This document shows, piece after piece, positions 11,817 to 23,600 of a stretch of 64,000 bases of DNA; the first letter of the stretch is position 1, and every line of letters begins with the position of its first letter. The notes under the pieces were generated by a model, which worked only from the letters and a program-made list of their open reading frames with translations, was not told the origin of the DNA and ran no database searches. Both the position numbers and the translations under genes were made by a program. Source of the DNA: Psammoneis japonica. Its lineage: Eukaryota. The stretch spans positions 1-64,000 of the forward strand of contig QPGO01000191.1 in the NCBI GenBank assembly GCA_008632985.1, written 5' to 3'.

Positions 11817-14800
11817 ATGGAGGAGAACAGCCAACACATACAACAAAAGAAGGATTCAGAGGAGGATGATTCAGGAAATGTCCTCAGTGCCAAGCAACTC
11901 CTCAAACACCCCCGTCCTGTAATCGCACCTCGTCAAAGAAGAGGAAGGCGTATCCTTTACCTGGTTACCTCGAGCGTCCACAAGTACGACGAATTCTGTT
12001 CGTTTTTTCGCCCATATGGCATGGACGTGAAACTGGTCGATCCCTATGGAGGCGTTTACACGTCGAATGCCTCCATTGAACGAGTGGCACAGCGCCTTCA
12101 GCCATTGGCGGAACAGCTCTTGTCCCGAATCAACGATGATTCATCAGACAACAACAATTACTACTGGACTAAGGCCGTAATGTGGGAACAAATGCTGCTG
12201 CTCCCTTATGATCAGGGACTTGTTGACGACACAAACAATTACAAAAAGAACTATGCCAAGCATTATCGAACTTATAACCAATGGATGGAGAACGCGTCTG
12301 GGCTCGCGCAAATTTGATTGTGTGGTCTTGGAAGTTTGGCACTGGTTCGCAGCAACATGGGCCCTCGCTACGTCATGTCGGTCTCGAGGAAGAACCTTCC
12401 CAACAGCAGACAGAGCCAACCATCCAAATGGAGTTCCACACCAACAAAGTCGAGGGCTACATTGACAAGAGCAAGCGCCAAGCACGGTCGTCACGTGGAA
12501 AGACAGCGCAAGATACCAATGGCATTTTTGGATTTGACGATATCTTTGTCGTCAAAGCCACCAATTTGTCATATCACGAAAAGAAAATGATCGGATGCAA
12601 GTGTTCTCCTCGGGACGCCAACCTGTCGACATATTGCGCCAATCACATTCACTACAAGACCCGCAAACACTGGTCTCACATGTCACCTTCTTCCGACTAT
12701 CCTCCCCAGCGAACAATATCCATTGGATACGACGACGGCACGGCCTGTGCCAAGTTTCTTGAAACCGTTCCTCTCTTACAAAAAGACGCCGTCCAACACT
12801 TGCGCTCCTGTTTTGCGACGGTCGTCAACGACGGCGCCTTCTTTCGAGCCGCCCAGTCGCGACGAGAAGTCAACTACTGGTGTCCCGGTCTCAATGCAGG
12901 CCTACCCTGTGTCCAAAAGTCGGACCTGATTCACGAACTCACCTTTTTGTGCCACGATTGGGGGCATTTTTTGCTGCCCGATTTGGTCGTGACGGGTGGG
13001 ACCGACTCCAGTTTGCACAAGCGCGTGTATGTCGTTGCCCGCATGATGAGCGAGGCGGTCACCCTGGTATTGCCGACATGTTGTTGGCGGAAGCGTTGCG
13101 ACGGTCGGGGTAGAGTACGATTGGAGCAAGCGGGCGATTTGGCCGTTGTTTGCGGCCACTGGTTTGGATCCATTTCCGGAACCACCTAATGTGGAATCGA
13201 CCCTGAATGTGTTCAAGACTCTGCTGCGGGCCAACGCCCAGTACTGTTTGTTGGGAGACGACACGGAGTACCAAAAGTTGCTATCTCGGAACGAAGCAAA
13301 GAATCAACCCGAGGATGGGCCATACAAAGCCAGCGCCCTTGGAAATTTTAAGGAAAAGTACATGCCGTTCTTTGTGGAAGACTACCGTTGGACATCGTCC
13401 AACTACGATTCCATGATGAGTCGTAGTGCAACATTCCAGCGATGGTGGGAGTTGGTCGCTCCCATCCGAGATGCCTTGTCGAGCGCGAAAAGAGGCAGCC
13501 AATTGGAAACGGTTGAAGAGGTGATTGGCACCTTGGGCCTCGAGTCGCATCTGACAGGAGAGCAACTTATGGAACGGATTCTGGACCATTTATTTGAATC
13601 GAAACTCGTTCCCGCATTCTGCGGTGATTCCAAGTCAGCCGAACCAGCCATTCTGAGGCGGAACTCGCTGGGTCGGTACATGATTGGCCAAATGCATCTG
13701 TTGGCACGCTATCCGTTCTTACAAGAATCGAAAGTGTATGGGCAAAAGCTCCAGAAAGTCCTGTGTCATCTTTTGTCACGAGACGACGGCGTAAGCCAAC
13801 GTCAGTGTGCCGCCGTTCGAGGCCTGTACGATCAGTTTGTTGAGATTCTCCGAGAAAAGTGTCTCATCACGGCTGATGATGCCGCAGTATTTTCTGAAAT
13901 ATGTCCCTTGTTTGAGCCATGTTACGTGAATTATGATCGAGGCTTTAGCTTCTACGAGGAGCTCAGTGTGGTGCAACGTGCGATTCTTGGTGACGACGGG
14001 CCGAAACAGTCAAACCCGTACCGCAGGAAAACAAGCAACGCAGTGAAACCAATCCTGAACCAATGACCAATCCTTGCACCATAGTGGTAGAAGGCATCAC
14101 ATTCATGGACACGAAACGACTTTGGTGTCACGTTTGCAATGAAAAATCTATCCCTCTTCGATTACGGTGGCTGCACGAGCTTGTGGGAGTTGGGTTCTGG
14201 GACGGTCCTAAGGGATGGTTGGTCAAGACACCTGTAGCCGCTGTCTGTGCTCTTGGAGGAATGCCTGTCGTGCTCGATTCCAATGTCTCAAGTGGCATGG
14301 TGTTAGCCAATCGACCACTCAGCCTCGCCGAGTTGCGTGAATCATGGCGAGATGGAATGGGGCTGGCGTCAATGCCGTGCTACATGAATCCAGGGAACAA
14401 GTCACCTCTTCAATTGTGGAATGTATTGGTCAAATATGGGCATTTCTCAATCGCCCACACTGTCTCGTTGAGTTTCTTTCTGGCCGGATTTTCGTGTGGT
14501 GTTGAGAATGAGCTCAACTCCCAGCGAGATCTGGTGCACCTGGCTCGAATCACAGTTGCGAGAACGTCATCTCAGCAACAGCCACCCTTGGTCGTTCAGC
14601 ACGCTAGCCTTGTACCTGTTGTGGAGCAGCTGCGAACGAACACACTTACAAGCCTGCTTGATACTTCCCAAGATACCACAGGAACAAAGAAGGCCGATTG
14701 GAATGAAGCATCCAACCTCTTGTGGCCTGCTGCTAAATCTCACTGTGCTGTTCTAACAGGATCGCTGCGAGCTTTCCAGAAACTAGTGTCTGCCATATCA

Positions 14801-14935
14801 GACGACGGCAAGGAAGCAGAATACCGAAATCTACTGTTACTGATCAACCAGGCTCTTCACAACTTGCTCCCAGAGATGTTTCAGAGCAATGAACTGTACG
14901 ACTACAAACCTCCTCCGCCTCATTTCGGTCCCTGA
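11817..14935 (+). CDS. Probable single ~1040-aa fusion: ITPase/Ham1-like + HExxxxHDxxH metal-binding domain + ThyX-like domain, split by four -1 frameshifts
   Basis: Ham1-like motifs [35 protein letters not shown]; middle region [27 protein letters not shown]; ThyX-like [39 protein letters not shown]. Frames step -1 at ~12280, ~13071, ~13108 and ~13999, each restored by adding one base. Confidence 0.65.
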
Positions 14936-15165
14936 TACCATATTTGACTCTTCCACAATAATAACTCAAGCTCCTAACGCGTCATTACGACACCGGCACG
15001 AACCTTCTTAAACACGAATCACTTTGATCCCGCGACTCGAGCGATCCATCGAGAAGTTTCGAGAATGCGCTCCAAAAACACCATCAATCAAAGGAATCCA
15101 CGTCAAAACATGCTCCATACCATGGCACTCGTAGTAAAGCGCTCACAAATATTGTACGGCCAAGA

Positions 15166-16004
15166 ATGGCTACGTCCTCTCTGGTGAGAAGAAGCAATTT
15201 ACCGCCCATTGCCGCCAGGATGATTCCGAAATTTGCCTTGCACTCGTCGTTTTGCGACGTTCATGGCCGCCAATTGCTTCCCGACGGTTCGGAATGGGGC
15301 CTGCCGGGGCGTTCCGAAATGGCCTACGCCCCAATCGATCATCCAAACACTACGACTATTCAGGACAGTCCGGAAGTGCTTCGAGGAATCTTGGAAGCCC
15401 GCAATCGATGGTACTTTGCCAAGGATGTTCCGTTTCAAAGAGTCGAAGACATTCAGAGCCTTCAGACGGTCGGCTCGCAGGTTCGGGTGGAATGGCGTCC
15501 GAATGCCCACCACATCGAACACAAGATCCAGTACAAAGAAATACCGGAGCTGCTCCAAGAGCACCCGAGCGCAACCGGAGACGAGCCACCGACCGAAGTT
15601 TGGATCAATGGATCGCTGGTGGACCACCTCAACCCAACCACGTTGCCAACCATTCTGATGGCTGCTTCCAACATTCAAAGTCGCAAGGTGCGCTACAAGC
15701 AGTCGGAAGATGGCACAATCATTCACATGGGTCGATTCTTCGGGGTGGCCTCTGCCAACGCGAGGAAGTCTTTGATCACATTTTGGACAATCTCATTGCG
15801 TTGGAAGATCCCCAGCAACTCAACGAAAACACATGGATTTCAGATTGGAACGGCCACCCTGCCCGACTGGATCATGGGCGGCCTGTTGACGAGTCGCTTG
15901 TAAATTCAAAAGCAACCCAGAGGCAACATTTTGTTTTTGCGACCCTTGTACCGTTAAAGTTGAGTTCCATTTCGCAGTCCAATTTAGATGTTGCTCTCTA
16001 CTGA
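15166..16004 (+). CDS. Hypothetical protein; probable -1 frameshift at the GGGG at ~15742-15745; true stop is 15903 or 16004
   Basis: 245-aa ORF of normal composition; the 15252 frame continues plausibly (GGLCQREEVFDHILDNL..WISDWNGHP). Confidence 0.5.
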
Positions 16005-16042
16005 ATGTGTGCTATAGCCATCTGTGCGACTTTTGCATACAT
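15953..16042 (+). repeat. 90-bp imperfect direct repeat, right copy
   Basis: 81/90 identity to 9919-10008. Confidence 0.9.
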
Positions 16043-16300
16043 TTTTTGGCGAAAACTCTAGCCACATAATCGTTGTTGTTGGCGTGAGCAATGGCGCTCC
16101 TATATGCACCCGGTGCGAATCCGGGGTACTAATAGGAAGATGTTGCGAACAAATATGATGTACAGGCTTTGAAAAGACCCTAAGAGGCGCTCTCTAGCAA
16201 TTACCTACACTGTTTACTAGGAATGGCTTTTTTCTGCTTGGTATTGCGGCTGCCGGTTGGTGAATACTAACTACTTCTTGCTAACGAATCTTGCACATAC

Positions 16301-18553
16301 CTAAAGGTCCATGTCCTCATCGTCAACGATAAAAGGATCCCACTCACTGTGGGCTTCGGCTTTGACTTCAAAGAGATCGTAAATGGCCGTGATCCGGGCC
16401 TTGCGCTTTTCATCTGGACCCAACATCTCAAAGGATCCCTTTCCGAGGGCAGCCTTGGCCGACTGAAAGTTGAGCATGCGATCTTCAAACGAATTCTTCA
16501 TGACGAAACGAACGACACGAACGTCACGGGTTTGGCCGTGGCGGTGGACGCGATCCATGGCCTGCTGTTCGGCAGCCACATTCCAAAAGGGATCCATGAT
16601 GAAGACGTGGTTTCCGCGGACCAGGTTCAGTCCCATACCACAAGCCTTGAGCGAACAAAGCAAAACACGAGATTGTTCGGTGCTCCCCTTTTCATACCTG
16701 GAAACGGCAGCGGCGCGTTCCTCGCGCTTCATGCTTCCGTCAATGCGCTCAAAGGGAATGCCTGCCCTTTCGAGCTGAATCTCGATAATGTCGAGAAACG
16801 AAGTCCACTACAATAGATAGAGAATAAACGCGGACAACGTGAGATACAGTTGTTGAACATCGGTCAAGAACAAACACCCAGTCATACGAACCTCGGAAAA
16901 GACAACACCCTTTTCATTGTGCTTCATCTCGGCAATAACACTCAGCAAGGCCTCAATCTTGGGCGACGTGGTGGAGATTTTTTTCGGGATCTTGACACCC
17001 GTCACCAAGTGTTCCACCAGGTCTTCGGTTGCAATACCGTCAAGTCGATCATCCTTGATGCAGGGAGCAAGAGCCATGACGCGCTGCAAAAGCTGGTCAT
17101 TGACAAGCTCCGAGTGGCAGCACGAAACACGAATGTAGTGAACCAAACCAAAGATGCGTTGAAAGTGTGGAATGCCCGGGCGGTCCTTCTCCTTTTCCAA
17201 ATCCATGAGTTTCAACAAAAGAGTTCGGGTCACATTGTAAAGGGCATCGTAGACCTTGCCATGTTGTCCATCTTTAAATGAGACCTCGTGTACTTCGACG
17301 GTCTTGTCCACAAACAAATCTGGATTGTCGGAAGGCATGTTGATGTCGGCCTTGGTACGGCGGAGAGTCAAATGCGACATGATTGTACGAAGTCGGGCCA
17401 ATCCAATCTCCTTCTTCAGAATGATCTCATCAATGACGCGCTCTTCAAACACTTGGGGATCCGAGAGAGGCTCCATCTTGAGGAACGCCAACAGCGACTG
17501 AATGTCGTTGGGATGGTTATTAAAGGGCGTACCGGTAAGGCACAACTTTCGCTCGCTCTTGATGCTCATGACGGATTTGAACATCTTGGTTGCTTGGTTG
17601 CGAATCTTGTGAGATTCGTCGAGAATGATTCGATGAAATTCAATGTCAAAGATGGCAGTGGGCATGTGGCCACCCTGCATGGCAAACTTGTAGTCCGAGG
17701 CCAGAGTCTCGTAGGAGCAAAGCACGAGATCGTACTCGTCCTGGGCAAGATTGGGCAACAGCTTTCGCCAACGGTCCGTTCCTTCGTAAATGGCAACCTT
17801 CAAGACTTCATTCCCGGGATCAACATTGACGGCCTTGTTGATCTCATCATACCAAATGTTAATGACGGAAACCGGACAAACAACCAAGGTACAACGAGGG
17901 CTCGTGGGTTTGGTTGTAACGGGATAAGTGACACCCTCCGGAGGATTCGCCAAAACGAGCGCCAGAGACTGGTACGTCTTTCCAAGACCTTGTTCTTTTT
18001 ACAAGACGAGAGAGAAAGCAACAATGATACGCTGTAAGGTAACGACTGTATGCTTGCGTGTATCGCACTCAATGCCAAAACAACAAATTATATACGTACC
18101 GTCTGCGAGAATACTGCTGCGCACGTCTTGAGGCACGGATGGGTGCGTTCTGTTGTTGATGGACGAATACCACTTGACCTGGTTACCGAACTTTCGCTGC
18201 TTCCAAAAGGGTGGGACAGAGTCGGCATTGGTCTCGCGGTGCACCAACCAACGGACTCCATCAATCTGATACGAGTAGAGCTTTACTTGCAAGAGGGACG
18301 GCATATCAATCTTGGGGACTGCCTTGAGCTGGGTTTCCAGCGAGTCTTGAAAAATCTTGTCCAATTCCTTCTTTTGCAACACGAGTTCCTTGCGGGTGGC
18401 CTTGGTAATGGCGGGGCTGTCCAACGCAATCTTCTTGGTGGCGTTGACGAGATCGTCGATGCCGGGATCAGAAGAGTCGACATGATGGTTGACGTTGACC
18501 TTTGAGTCGGTGACAACCGAGAGAGCCTTGGGATTTACAATGGACGACGACAT
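16301..18553 (-). CDS. SNF2-family helicase of RAD5/RAD16/HLTF type; exons 18553-18100, 17994-16892, 16807-16301
   Basis: Splicing GT-AG introns 18099-17995 and 16891-16808 restores ILADEQGLGKT and FSEWTSFLD. Also IILDESH, LTGTP, LRRTK, GMGLNL and QAMDRVHR.GQ. Confidence 0.9.
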
Positions 18554-19419
18554 TGTGGCGACAACAACAACGACAAGAGCGTCTGAAGATCTTGTACCTG
18601 ATTGGATAGAAAGAGAACAGGTGGCGTGTCAGTATCGAACAGTATTAGGTGTCGTTCGATTGGTTGAAAAGACGATTGGTTCTTGAACAGGCTTACCTTT
18701 CTGTTCTGAAACAGAATTGTGAGAGCAGAGAGTACGTTTAAAATGAGGAATGGTCGTTGCTCGGCTTAAAAAGCATCGTTGCTTCACGACAAAACTCCAC
18801 CGGCCGCGTCACAAACGGTATTATGAACAGATCATACACATGAAAATCAAAAACCCTCTTTCGCCTGTCTAAAATGTTATGAACAGGAACGTAAAAGAGC
18901 AAACTGTTCCGTGTCATTTTTCAATCGCTCAATAGAGTGGAAAACGAAGCCGGCATAATGCAGCATGTTGCGGTTCAAAGAACTAAAGTGCCCTCTCTAG
19001 CTAGAGAGCTTCGCCATTCGCCGCCATGCAGTTTCTCTTTTTTTGAAAAAGTTCATCATGCTTTTTGAAAAATTGCAGTGAGCTCTCGAACTCCACAAAC
19101 AATCTTTGATTAGAATAATACAAATTTATGTATATATATAAAAATAATTTTATAATATGTGTATTAGACCGTTTGGATTTATATTAATAAGTATTCAGTT
19201 GTAAAGTTATATATATATATGTTAACGCTATGAATTTTTATAAGAGCTAGAAGTATCATAAACAATCAAAATATCCAAAGCACTAGCGTATCATATGGTA
19301 AGAATAACGGCCTTCCCACCCACCTACCAAACAGAACACAGACAAAGTGACACTCAGACAAGCCGTGACCACACAACACACAACAGAAAAGAAAACAAAA
19401 GCAAGAACGGAAGCGCCCA

Positions 19420-20568
19420 ATGGGTTCCTTCCACATGACGATGAGACGAAAGCCGACCGCTCTGCAGGCTTTGCCAAAGAGGAAAATGGCCTTGACTGTT
19501 TCTATTATTTGTTACACATTGTTTTCGTGCTTGATATTTCCTTCAAAAGCTTGGGCACCGTCGCCTTGGAGGGTCGTCGTCAACAAGTCACCTCATTCTC
19601 GGATCTGCACCGTAGTTTACGCACATGGACGACGAACCGATACATCACGAAGAAAAAAGAAGAAAAACAAGTATGCCAAATTCTCGAAAACGGATAATCT
19701 AGTCCAGGACCCGTTGGAGAGTCTAATATCAGAATCGGAAGAAAAGATACGGGAGCTCGAGTCGGAGTCGGCGAAAAAGAAAAACACACCACTGCCAAAG
19801 GACAACGGTTCGTCCGCGGAGAAACGCGTCCGAAATGAAATATTATTTCCAGATGTCAAGAGCATTGATCCATATGACCCGACGACGTACGGATACACAG
19901 AATTAGGCACGATTCTCGGTGCTCATGGCGTACGAGGGCTTTTAAAGATTGCTTCCGTGACGGATTTTCCGGAACGTCTCTGCAAGGCTGGCGTTCGACA
20001 CTTGAAGGCACAGAATCGTCGTTCTCCGCGAAAAGTTCAACTATTGGACGGTAGACATCGAATGGGAGATGAATATCTGATCAAACTGGAGGGTATTGGA
20101 GATCGAGACGCTGCAAACAAGCTCCGTGGGTCTGTTTTGTACGCTCGACAAGAGGAGAGACCCGAAGTTGGTCAAGATGAATATTTGATTTCTGATTTGG
20201 TTGGACTAGATGTTTTCATTGAGGAAGGGTATGGTGAGGATAGTACAGAAGACTCGGACGAGGCTGGTTTAGGAGGGAAATTTGTGGGAACGGTTGGAGG
20301 CATTGTGCTTGCTCAAGACATGTGTGAAATACCTGGACTCGGGCAAGACCTGTTGGAAGTTGTGTTGCCGAGAGGTCTAGGTGGATTGAATTCGTGGAGA
20401 GATGAGATGGTTTTGATCCCACTGGTTCCGCAAATAGTTCCTCGGGTGGAAATAAATGAGCAATCAATCTTCATTACGCCGCCGACGGGACTTTTGGACC
20501 TCAAGTACATTCGCGAAGAAAAAGTGAGAATAAAAGGATTCCTTCCACCAGCTTCGGAAGACGAGTAG
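19420..20568 (+). CDS. rimM: Ribosome maturation factor RimM, probably plastid-targeted (start may be 19486)
   Basis: LGTILGAHGVRGLLKI, DRDAANKLRG, EYLISDLVGL, VLIPLVPQIV..ITPPTGLLD; signal peptide followed by SKAWAP. Confidence 0.9.
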   Translation: MGSFHMTMRRKPTALQALPKRKMALTVSIICYTLFSCLIFPSKAWAPSPWRVVVNKSPHSRICTVVYAHGRRTDTSRRKKKKNKYAKFSKTDNLVQDPLESLISESEEKIRELESESAKKKNTPLPKDNGSSAEKRVRNEILFPDVKSIDPYDPTTYGYTELGTILGAHGVRGLLKIASVTDFPERLCKAGVRHLKAQNRRSPRKVQLLDGRHRMGDEYLIKLEGIGDRDAANKLRGSVLYARQEERPEVGQDEYLISDLVGLDVFIEEGYGEDSTEDSDEAGLGGKFVGTVGGIVLAQDMCEIPGLGQDLLEVVLPRGLGGLNSWRDEMVLIPLVPQIVPRVEINEQSIFITPPTGLLDLKYIREEKVRIKGFLPPASEDE

Positions 20569-20635
20569 GTAGCATGATGCAACAAAACGAAAACCTAGAG
20601 TGAACAATCCAGGGCTTTTAACTCAAGGCCCTACT

Positions 20636-23600
20636 TTAATCGGCAGTCATGAAAGAGAAAAAATCATGCAACACGTTGGGGAGCTCCTCACATTGCAACC
20701 CGTCAACTTCTGCTTCAACCGGTAGCACAGTGTGTTCATGATGACCTCCCTCTTTTCTTGCTATTCTTTCTGCATCCTCGCGTTCTTTTACTGCGCTCGA
20801 CATTCTCTTCTGCTGGGACGATTCGATTGTAGCTTTTAGATCATTGTATCTGTTATACACTTCTCGTGCCAGCGACGACTTTCCAACATGAACAAGAAAC
20901 TGAATTGTTTCTGCCACTCTATCTCGGTATTCCTTTGCGATATTGTTCATCTTTAAGGTATCGACCAAGCTTTTTAGCTCCTCTTCGCTTCCTGGCAGAA
21001 TTCTTTTCTTTCCTGTTTTCTTCTTCTTTTTCTTTTTGGTCTTCTTGCTGGCGCGTCCAAGCGCGTTGAACTTTGACTTGTGTTTGTTCAAGTCTCTTTC
21101 AGAAGTGATACTGAAAGAGCTGGTAGCACCAACGCTAATGACAGAAGACACACTGCTCACGCTTCCTACGCTGCTGCCACTCATGTTGCTACGAAGACTC
21201 ATATTCGATTCATTTGTTGCCATGGAGAAAAGGCTTCCACTGTCTTCTGCTTCACCGTTGATGTTTTCACCGTGTTCAAGATCAAGCGTGCGAACCGCCT
21301 CCCTCCGAATTCGCAGACATTCCTCATACCTTTCGTTCGTCTTCACAAACATAGCCCCTCGATCTTCAAACTCATCGAGTAGAGCATGTCCAAAGGATAC
21401 AGCTGCGTCAATGCATTTCTTTTCGAGGTCGTGTCTACTATGGAGACAAGCAATACGTCGAGCTTCGCTCCATTGTTCAGCCGAAACGTACATGTCAATT
21501 GCGCCAGCAACATCTCCGGCGTAGTCGAGAAGAATTAGTCCTGCTTGGATCAAGCACTCGTGCCGACTGTACTTTCCTCCCTTTCCCACCGCAATCTCAT
21601 CAGCTAAGTCGGAGGCGATTGATCTTCTAAGAATAGCTGCAGACTCTTCATCTGCGGTTTCAGAAGTATCCATCGACAGCGTAAAGAAAGCTTTCCAATC
21701 ACCACAAGCTCGTGCAGCACGTTTGGCACCGTCAAGATCAGGTGGCTTTGCCGAGAGGAATACGGCAAGCGCAGTTTCGGATTCGTGGTCGCGTAGTAGC
21801 CTTTCAGCCAGGGATAGAGTGATACGCTGGTGCTCTTCGGCGTGGTCTTGATACAGCTCCAAGCCAAGGCGGTGCAACTTTTGCTCTTCAATGAGCGCAA
21901 GGCACTGATCAAATCCGTTCCCTTTCGCTTCGCTGTCATCGGAAGTCAAAGATTCAAGGTTCTCCTTCTCCACGCCGGACTGGAACAGATTCGAAAGTGC
22001 TTTTTCGTATCGTTTCAAACGCAAGTCAACTTCATATCGTCCATAGAAAGTGTCCAACGACTTCAATCGTTTCAGCAGCGGGAGATAAACCTTGGGATCC
22101 ATTTGTGAGTTTCTTGCCACAGCTCGCGCCAAATCATAGTCGTACATTCCTAATGCCGTGGAAAACAAAAGCTCGTAGTCCGCAAGAAAGGCCAAGTATT
22201 GGATGGAACTCTGTGCGCGCTCCGAAAAAAGTGGTGGCTTCTTACTCGCCGCTGGGTGGGCAGAAATGGCGCTATCCTTGATGAGGGTCAAAGCCTCTTC
22301 CAGCTTTGGAGGCTTCTCCTTCGCAAACGTGGACAGAATCGGCAAGAGAAAATGGTCTTTGGAAACTGACTCGTCGCTGGATTCGAGCTCTTCCCTTTGA
22401 CTCTGGATCATTAATTCCCGAAGTACACTACAAACTCGATTTACTTTTGTTGTAAAGTCAAATTGGCTTTCAGTAGACTCAGTCTCTCGGTGAAACCATC
22501 CGGGAACTCTGTACTTCCATTCAGTAATATCAAAGTCCTGCAGAGTTGCAATGAAAAGATTCAGGTAGTCGACCTGCCGAACTTGTTTCAAAAAGATATT
22601 AACCCCCACGTCCAGAAAATGCGACGGGTCCATATCGACAATCAAATTCAGGTCAACTTTTTGCCGTCGCATCATTTCGAATGCAACGCCATATTCGCAC
22701 TTGTCTATCTTCGACATGACAAAGGGCAACACCAAAGCTCGTGGGTACACACCCTCCATATTTCCTCTTGGTAACTGTAGTATCGCCGTAGGCTGCGTTG
22801 GCAAAATAGCAACCAATCGGCTTCCTCGCTCCCCATTTCTAGGTTCATAACCACCAAGAAGACGATTCTCATCCGATCCCATGAGTGGGTCAAACTTTAG
22901 CAACTCACTTATCGGCAAAAACCGGAGCTGGCAGTGCGATCCGGCAGTTGCATAACACAAGAAACCGTGCGTCGGAGAAAGCACAAAGGAGGAAACGGCA
23001 TCCGCCAAGAGTCGATCGTGACAGAAGAGCCTCGATCGTGCCGACAATCCCACCACAAGCTTTTGGTCTGGCAGATGATCATCATCCGAAGCGATTTTCA
23101 TTGCCGCAAACCAAGGACAAGGTTCAAGGAGTGTATCAATTTCGGATGGGACAACAGAATGCGATTGGTCGTACTCAAAAAGACTGCCATCATCGAGTTG
23201 CAGCAATGCGCCATGGGATGAATCCGACCAGGGAATCATTCTCAACACACGCCCCTCAAGAGTGACGGTATTCGAGACATTCGCAGTACCGTGGCCATCG
23301 CTACCCAGTCTCACGTCAATTTCCACGAGCTGCTCACAACCTTTGTTCACCTGCGGGCAATGCAACGCAACGACATTGTCTTCTTCAGCCATCACGACAA
23401 AGTTCCTCAGTGCCAAGATATCAATAGTTTCGTTGACATTTTCCCATTCAATCTTAGCCATGACGAAGGGTGCCGTGTAGTTTGCAATCATAGTACTCTT
23501 CTCTCCGCCGTCGTTTCCCACGCACACCAAGTTACCGTCCGAGAGTTGCACAAGCGAGAAAAGTGATCCATGACGAGCCTTGACAAATGATACGTCACGT

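Noticed and set aside
14063..14066. ATGA start/stop overlap suggesting a bacterial operon or contamination
   Set aside because: The downstream frame is open back to ~14000, and one extra G fuses the ORFs. The flanking genes are eukaryotic, with introns.
19110..19270. AT-rich tract as a centromere
   Set aside because: Only ~160 bp, with no supporting structure.
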